Below are positions 58,932 through 64,000 of a stretch of DNA of 64,000 nt, in pieces. Below the pieces are notes generated by a model that did not search any database, was not told where the DNA came from, and saw only the letters and a program-made list of their open reading frames with translations. The number at the start of each line of letters is the position of its first letter. Positions within the stretch are counted from its first letter, which is position 1. Origin of the DNA: Zygnema circumcarinatum SAG 698-1b (Eukaryota > Plantae > Zygnematophyceae); NCBI GenBank assembly GCA_037447605.1, contig CM074808.1:3534001-3598000 (forward strand), written 5' to 3'. A program made the translations under genes and the position numbers.

Positions 58932-60432
58932 ATGTCGGTGTGGACTCTCATTCAAGCATGTCTCCTCATCGTGAACGCGCTCGCAGTTCTAAACGAGGAT
59001 CGGTTTCTTGTGCCTTGTGAGTATCACACGTTCCCTCTCCCGCGCTCACTTAATCTCGGCAAGCCCGTGAATTCATTTGCCTGCTCGTTCGATATCTTCT
59101 CCATGTTTTCGTTACGGTTTCACCTTTGAATTAAGATTTGCTTCAGCCTTTTGCGGCCGCATTCTTTGGAAGCCGTGCGTCGACTACGATCTCTGAACCT
59201 ATTTTCTTTTTCAGAAGATTACCTCTCATTCACGCATGGTAGGGAGTCAAACTAGTGGTTTATCAGTGTAGCTCTTCGCTCTATTGTGCATGAAAAGATT
59301 GTGCTCAGTAGGGTCAAGGGGGTAAAAGTAAACGTTTGTCGCATTCATTTTATGGTTCGACGCATTGATTAGGCGCCTGTGGCGACACTCTTTACATTTT
59401 GCTCTCATGGCTTCTATTTTATTTCTGCATTCAAGCTTCACTGTCTCTTATGTGTCACCGGTGTGGAGAAGTTCACAAGGTTGCAGGATAATGGTGACAA
59501 GCCAGGAAGTGTTCAAGCCTGTTAGTTAAATAAGCATTATTGCGAGTGGATTCAGCCTTCACATAGAAGTTTGACAGATGCACCTTGAGACTTAGATGAA
59601 TAGGGCATTGCGTTATTGGACTCAATATACTTCACTTTTCTAGGGTATGTCGTATAAGCTATCTTTTGTCTTCATAATGCTCGCGTTCTTCAGGCAAGGA
59701 CAGGATCCACCAATCCATTAAAGTTTTCTTCTCTATGATGGGTCAGGAAAAAATGGTTTTACCCAGTTTCCTTTCTGATCCTCCCAACCGAAAGCCGAGT
59801 TAGTTTGAACATTTTTCAGTCCTATCCTCACGAAATGTGACTAGATATGATTGTTAAACTTCCTGTAGACCTCACGAAACGCTTGTTTGCATTGCATGGT
59901 ATTGTGCATATTGTACTGTGGACAGAGGGAATCGCCTGAAATCTATTCATCAGCCTAATTGTTAACTTTGATTTTTACAGATGGATGGGGTTTTCATGAG
60001 ATAACTATGGGAAGAATATCACCACTTAAGGCGCAAATCATTGGCCTTCTTCATGCCGTTCAATATCTTCGAGGTGCAAATTCTTAACTTATAGGTTGCT
60101 TGTTTACGTGAATGAATTGCTCAATCATCGCTTGACTATGCGCATTGCTTGTTCAACTGTGTGCTCGATCCTCATTCTCATATTGAAGGGTGATAATGAG
60201 CGGCGTTCTCCCCAGATTGGTGTCCCTTCAGATCTGAACTGATCTGCAACTTTTTCTTTTTGGATCATTTGGACTTTGGGATGTACTCTCTTGTCCATGT
60301 TAACCAGGAGCCTGTTCCTCTTCAGCAATTTCTTACGGACTTTGGATTTCTAACTGACAGTGATGCATGCATGCAGTGCCTCTTGTAATCGCCAACACCG
60401 TCACAATCTTCTCCAAGGTGTTATTTGGATAG
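58932..60432 (+). CDS. YOS1: Yos1 / IER3IP1 family ER-Golgi transport protein; 3 exons, 77 aa
   Basis: Exons 58932-59016, 59981-60073 and 60377-60432 give MSVWTLIQACLLIVNALAVLNEDRFLVPYGWGFHEITMGRISPLKAQIIGLLHAVQYLRVPLVIANTVTIFSKVLFG*. Confidence 0.95.
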
Positions 60433-61502
60433 CGGAAGTAGCTGGAAGCTGCCTCTCCTTTGGGACACCCCGAGCCTCCTTGTACAAAGTATTCGAATAA
60501 GCTCCTCCTTTTGCCACCTGTGCTTGCTAAGCAAGATTTTTTTGTTTAGAACTTGGAAATGACCTTTTAATGTCCTCCTCCAATGACGTAATAGAAGTGG
60601 CAAACGTGAAGCTTACTTGACAACGAGCATTCAGTGATTTGAAGGTGGACTGTCTTTCATTGTCAGAAAAGTTCTGACATGTACAGCCCTCTGGGCCCGA
60701 ACCAATGGCCAGTGGTGCCCAGTCATCTCTTCAAGTGGACCAACCTTTGAATGAGATATTGTACCACGGAAATTAGGGCCTTCAGTCATGCGTGGAGGGG
60801 GACTTTGTATGTAGCAGGAACTGAACCTTACTTTGCCGGCAGGGTCAAGGGAGGCGTCGCTCTGCTCTAAGGCAGTACAGTCAAGTAAGGAACAGTCAAT
60901 TTTCTGAAAAAAAACGTGAAAAAAATTGCAATCTGAGGCCTTCCTCTATAGTGAACTGAAGTACTGTGGAAATCCCTCATGTACACGTCGTGGCGAATTG
61001 CCGTTGGAAGATGTTATACTATGACAGTTCGCAATGCAGAGCGAGAGGCTCGTTGCCCCCTCCCTCATGCAAGATGGCGAGTCCACTCGATGGACTCAAT
61101 GCGAGTTTCTTGACTTCATTGCGAGACGACACTCACAATGGCGAGGCCGTCTAAAGATACGAAACGAAACCTGGCTGAGCCACCCTCAAAACTCCCAAAA
61201 CCCTAAAAACCTTTCCATGGTACTGCCCAAACAACACACTCGAGACAACTTCCTTTCAAGCTATTCGGGTGAGACCTCCTAGAAGCGAGGCCAAAAGCTG
61301 TGCTCTGAGCGGGCACCATGTCGTGGTAACCTCAGAACAGGCACACCCCAAACACGAGCATTGGTCACGGATCTACTCAGCTTAAAAAATGGCCTAGACC
61401 TTGTGTACCTGTCCCCCCTACCCACCCTAGAGGCAGCATTAGCCCCTAGCCCTTGTGTTCCTGGTGACCGCGGGTCCCTCGCTAGGTCCAACTGACCTGT
61501 CC

Positions 61503-61640
61503 GCCGTACAGAATCTCCTTTGTAATACGACAAAAAACCATACGGTACCAATATGAGAACGTCCTGGCCATTCGCCACACCTGCAGACTGGTCGGTGACC
61601 GTACAATAGTGTACGAACTACGGCGGTACCGTACTGGTTT
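61503..61640. repeat. CGTAC-rich cluster with a CGTACA-N4-TGTACG palindrome
   Basis: CCGCCGTAC, CATACGGTACC, CGTACAATAGTGTACG and GGTACCGTAC motifs. Confidence 0.65.
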
Positions 61641-62449
61641 TACGGCAGGATTTTCAAACGGATACGGCGCAGATACGCGTATCTGGATGTTTTTCCGATG
61701 CTGCCCGATTTGGGGTAGGGCCACTGCTTTCCGTTCGGGCAGCACGGCTAAGCAATTTGATTGGTGGATGTGACTGTAAGTATTGACAATCCTATATAAA
61801 TTATTTTTTTCTTAAATTTTGTTGCTCATTTTGTACGGTAAAATGTAACTTGTGCATGATGCCGGACTGCAGCTGTTCTGTTCAACGACGGTTCTATGTG
61901 TTCGGTTTGCAGGTTTACTGGATACATAGAACACGTACTTCCGCCATCAAGCACCTCTAGAGGCCCCTAGTTGGCTCCCCATTCCTCGATCTCTCACCAG
62001 CTGCAGCCATGGCCGAGGGGATGCTGTGAGCTGGTTCCCTTCTTGGAGAGCCGTTTTCAAGTAAATATTCTACATCCTGTATGGATCCTGCACTTGGATC
62101 TCTTTCTTCTGCTGTTGGCTGCGTTGGTTAGCCGTTGTCATGATCGATGTAGGCTATTTGCTGCGCATTCCTCATCCTTTTTCTGGAGCATGCAAAGATT
62201 GTTAATGATTGTTAAGTCTGAATGACCAGTTCTATGCACTGAGAATATAGAGGTTGGAAGGCAGCTACTCTTCACTTCACCCCTAAGGATCGTGCAAATC
62301 CAGCTGGAAGGAGTGAAGGCTTCAGGAATCTCACATAGGACAGATCCATAGATTCTGATTTCTCACCTGAAAATCCCTGACATGCGCTAATTTTGCCCGT
62401 TTCTGGACCAGGTTTTGTGAGCAAAAAAGCGCCTCCGATTGCTCCGGAT

Positions 62450-64000
62450 ATGGCAATGAGGCAAAGCTACAGAGCAGCTACACAACAGAGGAGAAATTAT
62501 GTAATTGCATCCGTAGTCGTTTTAGTCCTGATTATTTTGGCCTTCTGGGTGTATTCAGCACCTGCAGGACGGGTAAGTGTTCCTTGTTTCTTCCAATACT
62601 TGAGCACGTTGGTCGTTCAGGATTCACCATGAATGTAGTAAGTTCAGTGGGTACAGCCTGAAAGAATTCAATTATGAGCTTGTAAGCAGCATTTGATCAT
62701 CATCTCAAGGCCAAGGATCGGGCATGCCTGGTTACGACTGTTTGCAGTAGTAAGAGAGTAACTGGAGTCAAGTAGGAACAGTTAGCTGTAAATTTTGTTT
62801 GGCCCTAAGTGGCCCTCTGAAGCTTTTGTATGCACTGATCTGAAGCTGGAGCATGTCGATGGATTCGATGTTATCTGACTTTCTGTGCAGTCGCCCTTAT
62901 CGCTTGCCTTTTAAATCACGAATTGTGATCTGCTGATACTTGTACACTAGAGAACTGAGTAGGTGTTAATATGGCTGCTTTGAGTCACGTTTTATTTTTT
63001 CCTTCTATGTGCATATATAACGCATATCAGATTCGTTGTGCATGCTTGTCAACAATTGTACATTGTGGTTGTTACTGGCTGGAAGCTTCTGTAACGTCAG
63101 AGATCAGAGTTGCAAAAGTTGGGAGACAAAAGGTGTTTCGAGTTGGAACTCATTCTGATCCTAGTAGACTCTTGCAATGCTCCACTTGATATAGGCTGGC
63201 TCTGTCTGTGGTGAGTTATGAGAGAAGAGAAGCACATCTTTCTATACCTTTATTTTGATCAGATTCTCCAATGGAATGTCCTCAGCAAATGCAACAATTG
63301 TTTATTGGCCCGATCTATAGCGGAAGCATTACTATACAGACTTTTCGAAGCAGGAAAACGGAGTGTTGTGCAGTCAAAAATCTGCACTCAGGAGCCTAAC
63401 TAGTTCAGAAATGCCCTGTTGATGGTGTCAATCAGTCAAACGATTCCTGCGTGGTTACATTGGCAGCGTAATAGCTGAATCCCCTTGACAAGTGGAGTTG
63501 ATCATCACAGTCGTTGAAGCTCACGTTCTCCCCATTGTTCTGTAGGTAGGTCCATTGCTTGGCTTCAGTTGTCTTGATGCCAATCAGTTTGATCTGTGAG
63601 CGCAGCTTGCAACACCATATCAGCCGGTGGAGCTTCCGGATGGAGTTGTAACTACAGACAGTCAATTGACCAAGTCAGAGGAAAGCAAGCAGCAAAAGAG
63701 TGACGATGGAAGTGACGATGGCGTGAAGGAAACTGACGATCCGGCTGTGGAAGCGGAGTTTAAAGAAATTCTGCAAAAAGGAGGAACAAAAGAAGCTAAA
63801 GCGGCTGAAGAGGTAGATCGTGATGTTGCTGAGGAAGATAGAGAGAAGCCAGAAGTCACCAGTCCAATAACGAGCGCCAATGATACTGAGCAGGCAACAG
63901 ATGCTCAAACTGCGGGATCTGACAGAGATGAAGCTGAAACTGCAGAAGAAAGGGGAACAAAAAAGCCTATGACAGAAGAACAGAAGCAGCTTCCCAAGGA
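62450..64000 (+). CDS. 5' part of a type II membrane protein with an acidic low-complexity stem (Golgi enzyme-like); runs off the window
   Basis: Exon 62450-62572 encodes MAMRQSYRAATQQRRNYVIASVVVLVLIILAFWVYSAPAGR with a GTAAGT donor. An in-phase exon from about 63606 is open to the window end (LATPYQPVELPDG...SEESKQQKSDDGSDDGVKETDDPAVEAEF...). The catalytic domain is not visible. Confidence 0.7.

Overview
Gene-dense eukaryotic nuclear DNA with spliceosomal GT-AG introns and abundant (GA)n/(CT)n and G/C-rich tracts. It is most likely from a streptophyte (charophyte-grade) alga: the nuclear genes are plant-type, and the embedded mitochondrial atp6 fragment reads correctly without RNA editing (inference). 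I can support about 13 protein-coding loci, most reconstructed by hand from splice sites and reading-frame phase: a secreted PAN/Apple + root-cap (VWD-like) protein, ATXR2, a fused GT2-like/GT77 glycosyltransferase, CSE1/exportin-2, a plastid/thylakoid-targeted LEA-like protein with a G-box/ABRE cluster upstream, ARMC6, a YkgJ/CxxCxxCC plastid protein, an F-box/kelch protein, an F-box/LRR protein, a GEX2/FUS1-like filamin/Ig-repeat membrane protein, an uncharacterised coiled-coil protein, an ILKAP-type PP2C, Yos1, and the 5' part of a type II membrane protein. A NUMT of about 1.2 kb (including an N gap) lies next to the 5'-most identified GEX2-like exon; it carries atp6 exon 2 and the 3' end (domains V-VI) of a group II intron in permuted order. 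Several non-coding repeat families occupy intergenic and intronic space. Family assignments come from motif recognition from memory; no database search was run. Some exon boundaries and start codons are approximate, and there are three N gaps.
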